A stretch of 51,123 nucleotides of DNA from Emiliania huxleyi CCMP1516 (Eukaryota): assembly GCF_000372725.1 (NCBI RefSeq), contig NW_005201092.1:356395-407517 (forward strand). Reading direction: 5' to 3'. The notes under the pieces were generated by a model. The model was given only the letters and a program-made list of their open reading frames with translations. It was not told the DNA's origin and did no database searches. Within the stretch, counting starts at the first letter, position 1. Each line of letters begins with the position of its first letter. The position numbers were made by a program, and so were the translations under genes. Shown here piece after piece: positions 21,535-32,154 of this stretch.

Positions 21535-24336
21535 TTGCTGGCGCGCGCTTTCGCCTTCCTTCCAGGAGCGGCGCCATCAGCCCCTTCGAGCCCGCCGACC
21601 TTCGCCAGGGCAACCTGGGCTCGCTGCGCGCCCTCCGGGCGGACGCGCGGCCCAGCGCTCACGGCCGAGCTCGACGCGCGCCTCGAGGCCAAGAACCAGA
21701 ACACGCTGCTGACCTACGCCGCTTGGTACGGGCAGGCCGACGCCGTGCGGCTGCTACTCGAGAGCGGCGCGAGCGTGTGGGCGACGACCGGCGACGGCTG
21801 CTCCGCACTGAACATGGCGTGCCAGAGGGGCCAGCTCGAGTGCGCGCGGCTGCTCCTCGGCGCAAGCGCGGCGGTCGACCAAGCCAACGTCAACGGCGCC
21901 ACGCCCCTGCACATCGCGTGCCAGAAGGGTCAGCTCGAGTGCATCCAACTGCTTCTCGAGGCTGGTGCGGCGATCAACCAAGCCAAGAACGACAGCGTCA
22001 CGCCGCTGTACGTCGCATGCCAGAAGGGCCAGCTTGAGTGCGTGCGGCTGCTCCTCGCTGCCAATGCGGCGGTCAACCAAGTCAAGGGCGGCGGCTTCAC
22101 GCCGCTGTTCATGGCGTGCCAGAAGGGCCACCTCGACATCGCCCGGCTGCTCCTCGAGGCTAGCGCTGCGGTCGACCAAGCCACGGGCCGCGGCTGGACG
22201 CCCCTGCACATCGCGTGCCAGGGGGGCCACTCCGCCGTCGTGCTCTGCCTGCTGCGGGCGGGCGCAGACACGGCGGCGCGCACCTCGGGTGGGCATACGG
22301 CGCTGCAGCTGGCCAAGGAGAAGGGCCACACCGAGTGCGAGCGCGCCTTTGAGGCGGCGGCGAGGGAGGCGAAGAGAGCGGAGATTGAGGCGAAGGTGGC
22401 GAGGGCAGTGGCCGAGAGGGCGGCGGCTGAGAGGGTGGAGGCCGAGAGGGCGGCCGAGGAGGCTGCGGCGGCGCTGCTGGCGGAGGAGGAGTCGGAGAAG
22501 TGCGCCGAGGAGAAGAAGAAGGGCAAGAAGAAGGGCAAGAAGAAGGGCGGCGGGGGCGGCGCTGGGCCGTCGCAAGAGGCCGAGGCGCCGGCAGAGGAGG
22601 CAGCAGAGGAGGTAGTGGCGGCGGAGGAGGAGGCGGAGCTTGCGGCGGCGGAGGAGGCGGAGCTTGCGGCGGCGCTCGCGGAGAGGCGCGCGCGCGATAA
22701 GCTCAAGGAGGCGCGGAGGAGGGACAGCCAGCGGCTGCGCAAGGCGCATGGCGCGGCGATGGGCGCGCTCAAGTCGCTCGACACAGCGGACAGCCCCTCT
22801 GCGCTCCGAGCGGGCATCGCCGCCGCCAGGCCGCACGTGGGAGTGCTGCCTGCCTTGGCCGAGGAGGTGAGCGCGGCGGAGTCGCGGCTGGAAGAGCTGT
22901 CTGTCACCGAGCCGGCCGCGGCGGAGGCGGTTGTTGCTCGGCCCGTCGAGATAGCCCTGTCGGACCTTGCCGCGGCTACCGACGGGTTTGCAGAGGGCAA
23001 GCTGATTGGCAGCGGCGGCTTCAGCCGCGTCTACGAGGCGTCGGCCGACCTCCACCTCTCCCTCGCGGCGCCTCCGCAGCTGCGCCACTTGCCGCTCGTC
23101 GTCAAGCGGGCAAAGTCGGGCCAGTCGGGCGGCTTGTCTCGGGCGGAGCTCGAGGTGAAGCTTCTCAAGGCGGTGAGCCACCCGCACCTGCTGCCGCTGC
23201 TCGGCTACTGCCTCTCGCCCGACGGCGTCTGCCTCCTCTCGCCGCTGATGCGCGGCGGCTCGCTCGAGGCGCGGCTGCGTATCTCGGATCCCGACTGCGC
23301 GGCGCAGCTCCGGCGGCTGGGCATGGCGGAGCCGCCGAGGCCGCTGACGTGGCGGCAGCGCGTGCGTGTCGCGTGCGAGGCGACCGAGGCGCTCGTCTAC
23401 CTCCACTCGAAGGGCATCGTGCACCGCGACGTCAAGCCGGACAACATCCTGCTCGACGAGAAGCTGACCGCCGTGCTCGCTGACACGGGCTTCGCCAAGG
23501 ACCAGCGCCCGGACGCGTCTGTCCGCTGCCGCTCGACTGCCGCCCTTTACATGACCACGGGCTACCTCTGCCCCTCCATCTCCAAGGGGGGCGAGTACTC
23601 GAGCAAGACGGACGGCTACGCCGTTGGCATCACCCTCCTCGTTTGCCTCACCAACCGGTCCGAGGTGCAGCTGACCGACCGGTGCGAGGACGAGTTCGAG
23701 GAGGACTGGACCGACATCGACGTGACGAGGATCGCAGACGCGGCGGCGGGGTGGCCTGACCCTGCGGCGCGCGCTGTCAAGGACCTCGCCAAGGCGGACG
23801 GGAAGAGCCTCTGCCACGACAGCTTGCGCAAGCGACCCACGCTGCCCGAGGCTCTCACGACTTTGCAGGCGCTCCTCTCTGGCTCGCAGCGCAGGGCGGG
23901 GATGGAGGAGGCTGCGCCGGCGCTTGGAGACGAGGCCGCCACCGCTGCCCGCACCACCGGCTACGAGCCTTCGCCGCTCTCGGTGCAGGTGCGCGGCATG
24001 CGCACGTCCGGCGACGCGCAGGCGCGCATCCAGGACAACATGATGCTCGCCTTCAAGACGCTGATGCCGCGCCTCGACGCCGTGTACGCCTCGCGCTCCG
24101 CGGCGGCGCCCGACGGCTTCGAGGAGCGCATCAACTTTTGGCACCGCGAGTGCGGCCTGCCGACAGAGCTGCGGAGCCAGCTGCACTCGCTGCGCATCTG
24201 GGCGAACGCGGCGAGGCACCACGACGCGGCGAGGTGGAGGAGGGACGGGCCGCGCAGCGAGGGGGAGGCGTCGCGGCTCGTGGCCGCGGTGACGGAGGCG
24301 ATTGGGGCGCTCGAGGGATTAAATACGTTCGGTTGA
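21535..24336 (+). CDS. Ankyrin repeats + coiled coil + IRAK/RLK-like protein kinase + C-terminal DUF4145/HEPN-like domain; 5' end uncertain
   Basis: ~6 ankyrin repeats (GxTPLHIACQKGQLEC; 21690-22350); kinase motifs IGSGGFSRVY, VVKR, HRDVKPDNILLD, DTG, TTGYL, DGYAVG (22960-23880); tail GFEERINFWHRECGLPTELRSQLHSLRIWANAARHH. Confidence 0.9.
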   Translation: MLARAFAFLPGAAPSAPSSPPTFARATWARCAPSGRTRGPALTAELDARLEAKNQNTLLTYAAWYGQADAVRLLLESGASVWATTGDGCSALNMACQRGQLECARLLLGASAAVDQANVNGATPLHIACQKGQLECIQLLLEAGAAINQAKNDSVTPLYVACQKGQLECVRLLLAANAAVNQVKGGGFTPLFMACQKGHLDIARLLLEASAAVDQATGRGWTPLHIACQGGHSAVVLCLLRAGADTAARTSGGHTALQLAKEKGHTECERAFEAAAREAKRAEIEAKVARAVAERAAAERVEAERAAEEAAAALLAEEESEKCAEEKKKGKKKGKKKGGGGGAGPSQEAEAPAEEAAEEVVAAEEEAELAAAEEAELAAALAERRARDKLKEARRRDSQRLRKAHGAAMGALKSLDTADSPSALRAGIAAARPHVGVLPALAEEVSAAESRLEELSVTEPAAAEAVVARPVEIALSDLAAATDGFAEGKLIGSGGFSRVYEASADLHLSLAAPPQLRHLPLVVKRAKSGQSGGLSRAELEVKLLKAVSHPHLLPLLGYCLSPDGVCLLSPLMRGGSLEARLRISDPDCAAQLRRLGMAEPPRPLTWRQRVRVACEATEALVYLHSKGIVHRDVKPDNILLDEKLTAVLADTGFAKDQRPDASVRCRSTAALYMTTGYLCPSISKGGEYSSKTDGYAVGITLLVCLTNRSEVQLTDRCEDEFEEDWTDIDVTRIADAAAGWPDPAARAVKDLAKADGKSLCHDSLRKRPTLPEALTTLQALLSGSQRRAGMEEAAPALGDEAATAARTTGYEPSPLSVQVRGMRTSGDAQARIQDNMMLAFKTLMPRLDAVYASRSAAAPDGFEERINFWHRECGLPTELRSQLHSLRIWANAARHHDAARWRRDGPRSEGEASRLVAAVTEAIGALEGLNTFG

Positions 24337-24344
24337 CTCTCTGT

Positions 24345-24435
24345 AAAATGGTTAAGCGGCGTCTCCCGCAAGGCCGGCTCGCAATGCTCCTTTTGCTTCC
24401 TAGCGCACTCTGGCAAGGAATGTGATTGGATGCGC
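24345..24435 (+). repeat. ~90-bp direct repeat, copy B, just after the kinase-gene stop
   Basis: Matches 20657-20744. Confidence 0.85.
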
Positions 24436-25535
24436 CACAGTTTAGAGCGACACAGCGAGGAATTGATTGATTGGTGTGGGCGGTGCTTACCGCTTGCTAG
24501 GTTACTTCGGTGCCTTCCCCCATTGCGGTGGAGGATTGGCCCGTCGCCTTGTTGGACCACCCCATTGGTGCGGTGGAGAATGTGGGTGTGGTCGGCGACT
24601 AGAGGTAGAGCCTCACACCAAGATCGTGCAGGGCGGGGACACATGTCCCTAAATCCCATCTCGTCTCAGAGTTTGACCGTTTTTATTTATTTATTTAGAG
24701 GTAGAGCCGCAGCCGGGGTCGTCCTCCCTAGGGGGGTCCCGTCCCGATGGGGGACTAGCACTAGCCGTCTTCCACGTTGTCCCTTGGGTCCCTGCTGCTC
24801 CTAATCTCTTCGTACATCCTCCAGCTGATCTCCGCCCTGCTCCCTCCCTCGTCTGTCGTCTCGCCCTGCGCGTCTGCTCCGGCCTCCGCCTCCCCGTCGC
24901 CTGCCCTGCGTCTCGTCTGGCGACTGGTCCTCCATAGTCGGTTGAGGTCGCCGCCCTCCTCGTGCCTCTTCCCAACGTCTGCAGCTCCGCTCCTCGAGTG
25001 AGATAGTGTACGCTGCCCGCGGGCTCCTAGGCGGGCTCGTGACCGGCGTGCGTGGAGACAGGAGAGGTCCCGGCACAGCCACAGGCCACAGCCACATAGG
25101 ACGGCGCGGCCGCACATGCTATGCCCGGATGCGTCAGAGTGGAGAGTCCGCATAGTCGAGTCACCGAGTGCCGCACCTCTCTGCACTCTGGCACACTAGA
25201 GCTGGCGTCCTGGTCCCGTGTCGGGGTTTCACGTAACAAGTACACACTAGATCTAGAATCTACTAAGTACATCTGATACGGGGTGTGGACCGTGAGTTGA
25301 CCAGGGGTTGTGCGCCGGGCCCTCCTGCTCGGCTCCCCAGGCCCAGCGAGTAGACAAGTGTTACCGTCAACTACAGAGGAGAAGGATCTGACCTCGGGGC
25401 CGATGTGACCAAGCGCTGGTAGCGTGGGTTTACCTCACACCCACGGTCTCACAGTGTGCCGGCAGTCGCCGAGCAGTGTCGCTCACACAAGCCGCAGCAC
25501 AACTCACGGAGGACGGTGTCCACACCCTTTTTACC

Positions 25536-26090
25536 TGGTCTACTTTCGCCGTCTGGTCTCCGACCTCGACCCCGGCGCCGTCGACGGTCCCTCGGAGGTC
25601 GGCACCGACAACAAGGGCGCGCGCGACGTCGCCTACAATCCCGAACACCACGGTCGCATGAAGCACGTCGAGCGGCGTCACTTCTTCGTGCGCGACATGG
25701 TGGAGAAGTTCGAGATTCGCGTCCCTTGGATCGAGGGCGAAGGCAATGTGAGCGACTTCCTTACGAAGCCGCTCGCGAGCTCGACGCGGTTCTTCAAACT
25801 TCGCGACGAGATTATGAATGTGCGCGGCCAGACCGCCCACGTCGTGTGCGGTGCCCGCTTTGCGTGAGCGATCCCGCGCCCGCGAGGTCCAATCTCGCAT
25901 TGTGTCATTCACGTTTCGGGCAGCCGGGTTGCCGCTTTCGACCTCCCCTGGTCTCAATCGGGGGGGGGCGTCGCTGCCCGGGGGTTGATCTCCCACTCTT
26001 GTGTGTCATTACCCATTCACACTCTCGTGTGTCTTTACTCGATCCCAATTATTGGGAATTGGGTTCGTATATTCATTCAACGACGTAGTC
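25536..26090 (+). mobile_element. Ty1/Copia LTR-retrotransposon 3' remnant: RNase H, polypurine tract and short putative 3' LTR
   Basis: YFRRLVSDL…GTDNKGARDVAYNPEHHGRMKHVERRHFFVRDMVE…NVSDFLTKPL is the Copia RNase H signature; G-run 25960-25968, then a CGTCG…CGACG-bounded ~117-bp segment. Confidence 0.88.
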
Positions 26091-26229
26091 TACAAAGGGT
26101 GTGCGATCGCTCCTGCGTGCACTGCCCGGACTCGTCGCCTGGGACGGCGGCTGTGGACCCGCCTCCCAACAACGGCCGCGCCTCGCGGGGCAAGCGGCGC
26201 GGCCACCCGCGGGGCAGGCGGTGCGGCGA

Positions 26230-26522
26230 ACATGCCACCACCAACTCGCGAAGCAGCGCCAAGCGCGTCCATCGACGCCCGACCGATCACCGCCGAAAAC
26301 GCCACGGGGCGGCCGGTCCTCGTCGCAAGCGCCCTCTGGCCGCAATACGCATGCAAGGAGTTCGGTGGAGCCGGCTGGGCAGCGACCGTGTTGCGATGCT
26401 CCAAGCACACCGCAATCGTACGGTTCACGATTGCCACGATGCGCGATGGCCGACCATACGAGGACGCGCGCGTCCCGCTCAACCAACTGCAGCCGCTGCC
26501 TTCGCAACAACTGACCGCATAA
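26230..26522 (+). CDS. Small ORF or fragment with a putative Tudor/SH3-like beta-barrel, element-associated
   Basis: GRPVLVASALWPQYACKEFGGAGWAATVLRCSKHTAIVRF…YEDARVPLNQLQPL; similar motif at 48240-48409. Confidence 0.5.
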
Positions 26523-26530
26523 GGCGCGCT

Positions 26531-26991
26531 GCAGGGGGTGGAACCCATCATACCGGTAATCACCAACAGGGTGGAACCCATTATAATCACCGCAGGGTGG
26601 AACCCATCATAATCACCGCAGGGTGGAACCCATCATAATCACCGCAGGGTGGAACCCATCATAATCACCGCAGGGTGGAACCCATCATAATCACCGCAGG
26701 GTGGAACCCATCATAATCACCGCAGGGTGGAACCCATCATAATCACCGCAGGGTGGAACCCATCATAATCACCGCAGGGTGGAACCCATCATAATCACCG
26801 CAGGGTGGAACCCATCATAATCACCGCAGGGTGGAACCCATCATAATCACCGCAGGGTGGAACCCATCCATCATAATCACCGCAGGGTGGAACCCATCAT
26901 AATCACACCGCAGGGTGGAACCCATCATAATCACACCGCAGGGTGGAACCCATCATAATCACCGCAGGGTGGAACCCATCATAATCACCGC
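26531..26991. repeat. Tandem array of a 26-bp unit CGCAGGGTGGAACCCATCATAATCAC (~17 copies)
   Basis: Near-identical head-to-tail units, no spacers, degenerate first copies, small indels near the right end. Confidence 0.97.
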
Positions 26992-27045
26992 GTGCTACCC
27001 GGCTTGCGAGTAGGGAGGAGGAGGCTGCGCTGCGCAAGCACGGGC

Positions 27046-27554
27046 GGGAGGGGCTTCTCCTGCGGAGTCGTGCGTGCGCAGGGCTCCTCTTTGCTTTCTT
27101 GTACTCCCTACTATCATCTCGTTCCCGTCCTACCAGAGAAGGTTACTTCCCCCAGGATTGGTCTTCTCTGCCTGCGGGAACACCCTCGGGCGGCCGGGTG
27201 GGCTGGGGGGTGGGGCTGCGGCTGGAGCTAGCTTGGCTCGATAGAGCCGAGACCCTGTGTTGAGGCGGCGCTCCTGTGGGCGGCTGTGGAATCGGCAGAT
27301 TCGACCTCAGGTCTCCAGTACTCTCATCCCAGTGGATGGACGTCCGGACGTCCCTTTGTGTTCCTCACGCTTCCCGTCCGCCAGCGAGACGCCCAGTCGC
27401 TCGTGGCGGCCGCAGTTTTCTGTGACCCACCCACCTCTCTCCCTTGTGTTTTGTCTGGGGGGAGGGGCTTCTCCTGCGGAGTCGTGCGTGCGCAGGGCTC
27501 CTCTTTGCTTTCTTCTACTCCCTACTATCATCTCGTTCCCGTCCTACCAGAGAA
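27046..27554. mobile_element. Small element bounded by 95-bp direct repeats (TRIM/pseudo-LTR-like)
   Basis: 27046-27140 and 27460-27554 differ at one base; internal 27281-27348 recurs inverted at 46832-46897. Confidence 0.7.
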
Positions 27555-27666
27555 CTCCCCCCCCAGGCCCAGCCCCACACACCACACACGCACGCACACC
27601 GGGGCCTCACGCGTCACGGCTCGGACGACGGCCTCCACACACGCGTTTTGAAGAAATGCAGAGGTG

Positions 27667-28251
27667 TTAGCTTTCCACTCTTCCATTCCTCCTCTCTGCG
27701 TACGCACGCACCTCCGCCGCGCCGAGCACGTCCTGCAGCAGCAGGCGGGCGGCGGCGGCGTGGCCCCAGTGCTGACGGCGGGCGCTGTGCCGGCCCGGCC
27801 CGAGGGCGAGCCGGGTGGTCCACGTCTCGTCCCACAGCAGGAGGCGCAGCCCGGGCGGCGCCGCCTCTCTCAGCCTCTCCGCCGCCGCCTCGACAAGCTC
27901 GCACTCTCGCGAGCGGCGGCCGTCGGCGAGGTACGGCATGCCGAGCACGACCCCTCCGGCGTCGAGCTCCGCCGCCAGCGAGCAGATCGCCGCGGCCTGC
28001 GTCGCGAAGCGGGACGGGCCGCTGCTCTCCCGCCGCTCGCGCGAGATCACCCACGCGTCGGCGCCGGGCGGCTGCGGCGGCGCGCCCGGAGGCTGCCACC
28101 TCCGCCTCCGCTCCAGGACGCCGACGCGCTGGACGCCGAGGAGTGGTGAGGTGCGCGCGGCCAGCCCGCAGTAGCGCGCGCCCATGTCCACGGCCAGCAC
28201 CCGCTCCACGCCGATGAAGCGGGAGAGAGCGCTGCTGCTACAAGAGGCCAT
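27667..28251 (-). CDS. yqgF: YqgF/RuvX-family RNase H-fold nuclease (Holliday junction resolvase-like)
   Basis: VLAVDMGARYCGLA, GVVLGMP, LWDETWTT and AAAARLLLQDVL motifs in the expected order; 194 aa, intronless. Confidence 0.85.
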   Translation of the reverse strand: MASCSSSALSRFIGVERVLAVDMGARYCGLAARTSPLLGVQRVGVLERRRRWQPPGAPPQPPGADAWVISRERRESSGPSRFATQAAAICSLAAELDAGGVVLGMPYLADGRRSRECELVEAAAERLREAAPPGLRLLLWDETWTTRLALGPGRHSARRQHWGHAAAARLLLQDVLGAAEVRAYAERRNGRVES

Positions 28252-28738
28252 ATATGTGTGTATGTGTGTGTGTGTAGTGTGTTGTGTGCTCTGCGCCGAG
28301 CCATTTCTTTTTCTGCCATGGAGCCAGGAGCGCCAGTCCCGTGCCCAGTGTCGTGCGAGGGAGCTGCGTTGTGAAATTCTGAAGTTGGCGCAAAACCACT
28401 TTATTAAAAGAAAACACCCTTGCAACACAAAGAAAAATTTTCCGCTGTGAAGAGAGTGAGAGATATGAGATGACTCATAGCTCTCTCTCTCTCTCTCATA
28501 GGAGACAGGTATGACGCACCCACACATCCACGACATACGCGCTGAAGACGCGAGGGCCGTGCCCGTGGGGCGTGCGTAGCTGCGAGTGGGCGGGCTTGAG
28601 CCGCGGGAGCGATTTCTTGTGTGGGGACCTCCGCCATCGGCAGTCGCTACGTCCTCCGATTAACCCCCCCCCCCCCCCCTCCCCCGCCCCGCCCCGCCCC
28701 TCGAGGCGACGAATCTTCGTCTCCTCTCGATCGACGCG

Positions 28739-31700
28739 CTAGCCCATCGCGTCACGGCTCGCCGGCACCGGCGAGGCGGCGCGACTGTCTGGCGGCGTCG
28801 GCAGCGCTGCCCGAATGGCCTGCGCCTGCTCCGCCGTCGTGGCGGCGAGCGCCGCCGCCTTCCTCACGCCTTCGTGCGCCCGGAGGGGCGGCGGGGAGGG
28901 GGGAGGCCCTCCTGCAGGGGACCAGTCCGCCGGCGAAGGACTAGCGCGAGCCGCGAGCCGTGACGCCAACGACGAGACACCGGCGGCGGCGGAGCGGCGG
29001 GAGACGACGGCGGCGACTGCCGGCAGCGGGTCCTCCGGCTCCTCCAGCAGAAGGTCGATGCTGAGGCGCGGCGTCATCGCCGCGACCTGCGGCTGATCGG
29101 GGCTGAGCTCGGCTGCTCTCGGCGAATCTCGGCGAATCTGACTCGGCTTCTCTCGGCTACTCTCGGCTACGCTCGGCGTTCCTACTTGATCTACCGGCTA
29201 CGCTCGGCTTCTCTCGGCTTCTCTCGGCTACGCTCGGCTTCTCTCGGCTCCTCTCGGCTTCTCTCGGCCTCTCTCGGCCTCTCTCGGCCTCTCTCGGCTT
29301 CTCTCGGCTTCTCTCGGCTGTCTCTCGGCGCCTCTGCGCTGGTGAGCTCGTCGAAGAGCCTCTGCCCGCGGCTGACCTCGGCCAGCGCCTTCTCTGCCGA
29401 GGAGAGGCTGTGCCTCCGTGCGCGCTCGAGCAAGCCTGCGACGGGCGAGCCCTCCGCCACTCGCCCCGCCTCCTCCAGCGCTCGCTCCGCGGCCACCCCG
29501 GCACGGTCTTTTTCGATGCCAACGATGGAATTCACCCGCCTCTGGCTCGCGTCGCCGTCCAGCTCCAGCCACGGCCCGTCCACGCTGCCGTCGGGCCGGA
29601 TCCGCACCGAGGACGGGCGCGGGCTGGCCGGCGACGCAGGCCGCGGGCTCGCCTTAAAGGGTGAATCACGGGTGAACCAGGGGTGAAGTGGCTGGCCGGC
29701 GACGCATGCCACGGGCTCGCCGGCGGTCGGGGGGAGGAGGAGGAGGAGTTGCGTGTCCCGACGGCTGCCGCGGAGGACTGAGACGACGTCGTGGGATCAC
29801 CTGACGTGTGGCGGTACTCTCGAGGTTCCCACTTATCTCCATTGTGATTTCTCATCCCTACCAGGTCGTTTTTTTTTNNNNNNNNNNNNNNNNNNNNNNN
29901 NNNNNNNNNNNNNNNNNNNNNNNNNNNNNNNNNNNNNNNNNNNNNNNNNNNNNNNNNNNNNNNNNNNNNNNNNNNNNGCAGGTAGAGAGAGCCGCTGGAC
30001 GCCGCCTCTCCTCAGTCGAGGCGTGGAGGGGAGGGGAGGGGGGAGGGGGGCATGTTTGCCCCCCCCCGCGGTGACTCTCAACAGACAAGAGTCGAGCGCG
30101 TCGCGAGCCGTCTCTCGCAACGAATCTCGCAGTTGAGAGGAGGGGCGGAGGCGGACGGTCGACGGCGGGCGGCGGCGCGCCCATTCTCCACGCGATGTGG
30201 CGAAGGAGGGAGCGAGGCGTGGGGCGAGGCATCGCCGCCGCCTCCTCGCCTCCCCATCCCTCGCCGCTGCGGTGCACGCCGAGCAGCTGCGACTGCCCGC
30301 CCAGCCACTCGCCTGCCCACGCCGCCGAGGCACAGCCGAGATACAGCCGAGAGATAGCCGAGATACAGCCGAGAGATAGCCGACGGAGAGATAGCCGAGA
30401 GAAAGCCGAGAGATAGCCGATAGACAGCCGAGAGAGATAGCCAAGAGAGATAGCCGAGAGATAGCCGCGAGAGACAGCCTTAGCTCACCTGCCCACGCCG
30501 CCGCGGCGCGCGCCGCGTCTGCGCCCGTGCCAACCACCCCCCGAATCGCCTCCACCGCCGCCTTGACGCGCTCGCCCCCCGGAACTGCGCCAGGCGTCGC
30601 CGTGCTATGCCCCGTGTCGGCAGACGGGTCGTTCTCGATCTCGACCACGATCTCGGCCTGCGCATGCGTCTCCCTCGCCGCCTGCACAGCCGCGCGCCCG
30701 CCGCCGCGCCCGCCGACGTTGCCGCCGCCGTTGCCGCCGCCGTTGGTGGCGCCGTCTGCCGTCAGCTGGTGCTTGAGACGCCGCTGCGCGGCCCGCCGCA
30801 TGAGGGCGGGCAGGGCGGCGAAGAGGCCGGCGGCGCCTAGTAGGAAAGCGACTCTAGCTCCAAGTTTTAGTCTAAGGTCGGACTGAGAGCCTGATCCCTC
30901 CCTCTCTCCACGCCCCAAGGGACGGTCTGGCGACAGAGTGGGGCGTCATCCTCCCACCAAGTCGTCGCACTCGCGCCGATCAGGCGTGTGCAGCGTGTGT
31001 GTGGTGGTGGCGGTCGCCCGACGCGGCTGTGGAGGGGGAGGGGTGTGGTGGGTGTGCAGTGGGTCCGATCTTCGGAATTCCGAACACAAGGCTGTGCTGT
31101 GCCCCCTCCTACTCCGCGCGCCTGCGAGGAGGATCGTGGCAGGCAGCGCCTCCTCCACCGCCTGTGCCGCTAGCTCGAGGAGGGGCGGGGCCGACGGCGG
31201 AGGCGTCGCTGGCGAGGGCGGAGGCGGAGGCGGAGGCGGCGGCGACGGCGGCGGCGACGGCGGCAGCATCGGCGGCGGCGGCGAGGGCGAGGGCGGCGGA
31301 GGCGCCAGAGGCGGCGGCGGCGCCGGCGGAGGCGCCAGAGGCGGCGGCGGCGCCGGCGGCGGCGGGGCTGGAGGCTGCGAGGGCAGCGGCGGAGGGGGCG
31401 GCGGCGGCGGTGTGGGTGACAGTGAGGGAGGAGGCGGCGCCGGAGGCGGCGCCGGAGAAGGAGGCGGAGGCGGAAGCGGCGGCGGAGAAGGAGGCGGAGG
31501 CGGCAGCATCGGCGGCGGCGGCGAGGGCGAGGGCGGCAGAGGCGGTGGCGAGGGAGGAGGCGGAGGGGGAGACGGCGGCGGAGACGGCGGCGGAGACGGC
31601 GGTGGCGGCGATCCGGGTGGTTCTGCCGGTGACGGCGGCAAGGGCCACGTGTCGATTGGCGGGGGCGGAGGGGGAGGGGGAGGTGACGGCCCGTAGCAGG

Positions 31701-32154
31701 CGCGGTACGCTGTCGGCTTGCAGATTGAGGGCTGCGGCGATCTCGTCCAGGGCGGCCAAGAAGGGAACCGGGGCGGCGGCGGCGGCGCGGCCGGCGGCGA
31801 CGGATGCAACCTCGCTTGAGCTGCGGCAACGGCGGCGGCGGCGGCGCGGATGGCGGCGAGCGATGGCGGTACTAGCGTCGATGGCGGTACTAGCGTCGGC
31901 GTCGGCGAGAGGGGCGGGGGCGGAGGAGGAGGCGGCGGCGGTACTAGCGTCGGTGACGGGGGAGGCGGTGGTGGCCGCGGAAGAAGGATGCGATAGCCAG
32001 GTTTTCCACGACCGACACCGAGGGGCGGAAAAGGAGGCAGCACCAGGGGTGACGGAGGAGGCAGCACCGGGGGTGACGGAGGAGGCGGCACCAGCCAGAA
32101 GGGCAAGCCACCGGTCACCCCGGGGCGGGAGGCGCCAGCACCAGGGTGGAACAT
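28739..32154 (-). CDS. Probable multi-exon Pro-rich (extensin-like) single-pass membrane protein; model tentative and spans a gap
   Basis: Long SPPP/PPP ORF 31100-32154; hydrophobic VAFLLGAAGLFAALPAL followed by basic MRRAAQRR (~30780-30860); further exon-like pieces between 10-mer-repeat introns. Confidence 0.45.

Noticed and set aside
21754..24222. 822-aa antisense ORF, and similar long antisense or alternative-frame ORFs over the RCC1 and BTB genes
   Set aside because: Shadow frames expected from high GC3 codon bias; no recognisable domains
24690..25450. Retroelement 5' UTR with an HDV-like ribozyme
   Set aside because: Could not build the nested double pseudoknot by eye; region left unassigned
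26531..26991. CRISPR array
   Set aside because: Units are contiguous with no unique spacers, there are no cas genes, and the context is eukaryotic
29660..29700. Kinase C-terminal HPWF motif
   Set aside because: No other kinase motifs upstream on that strand
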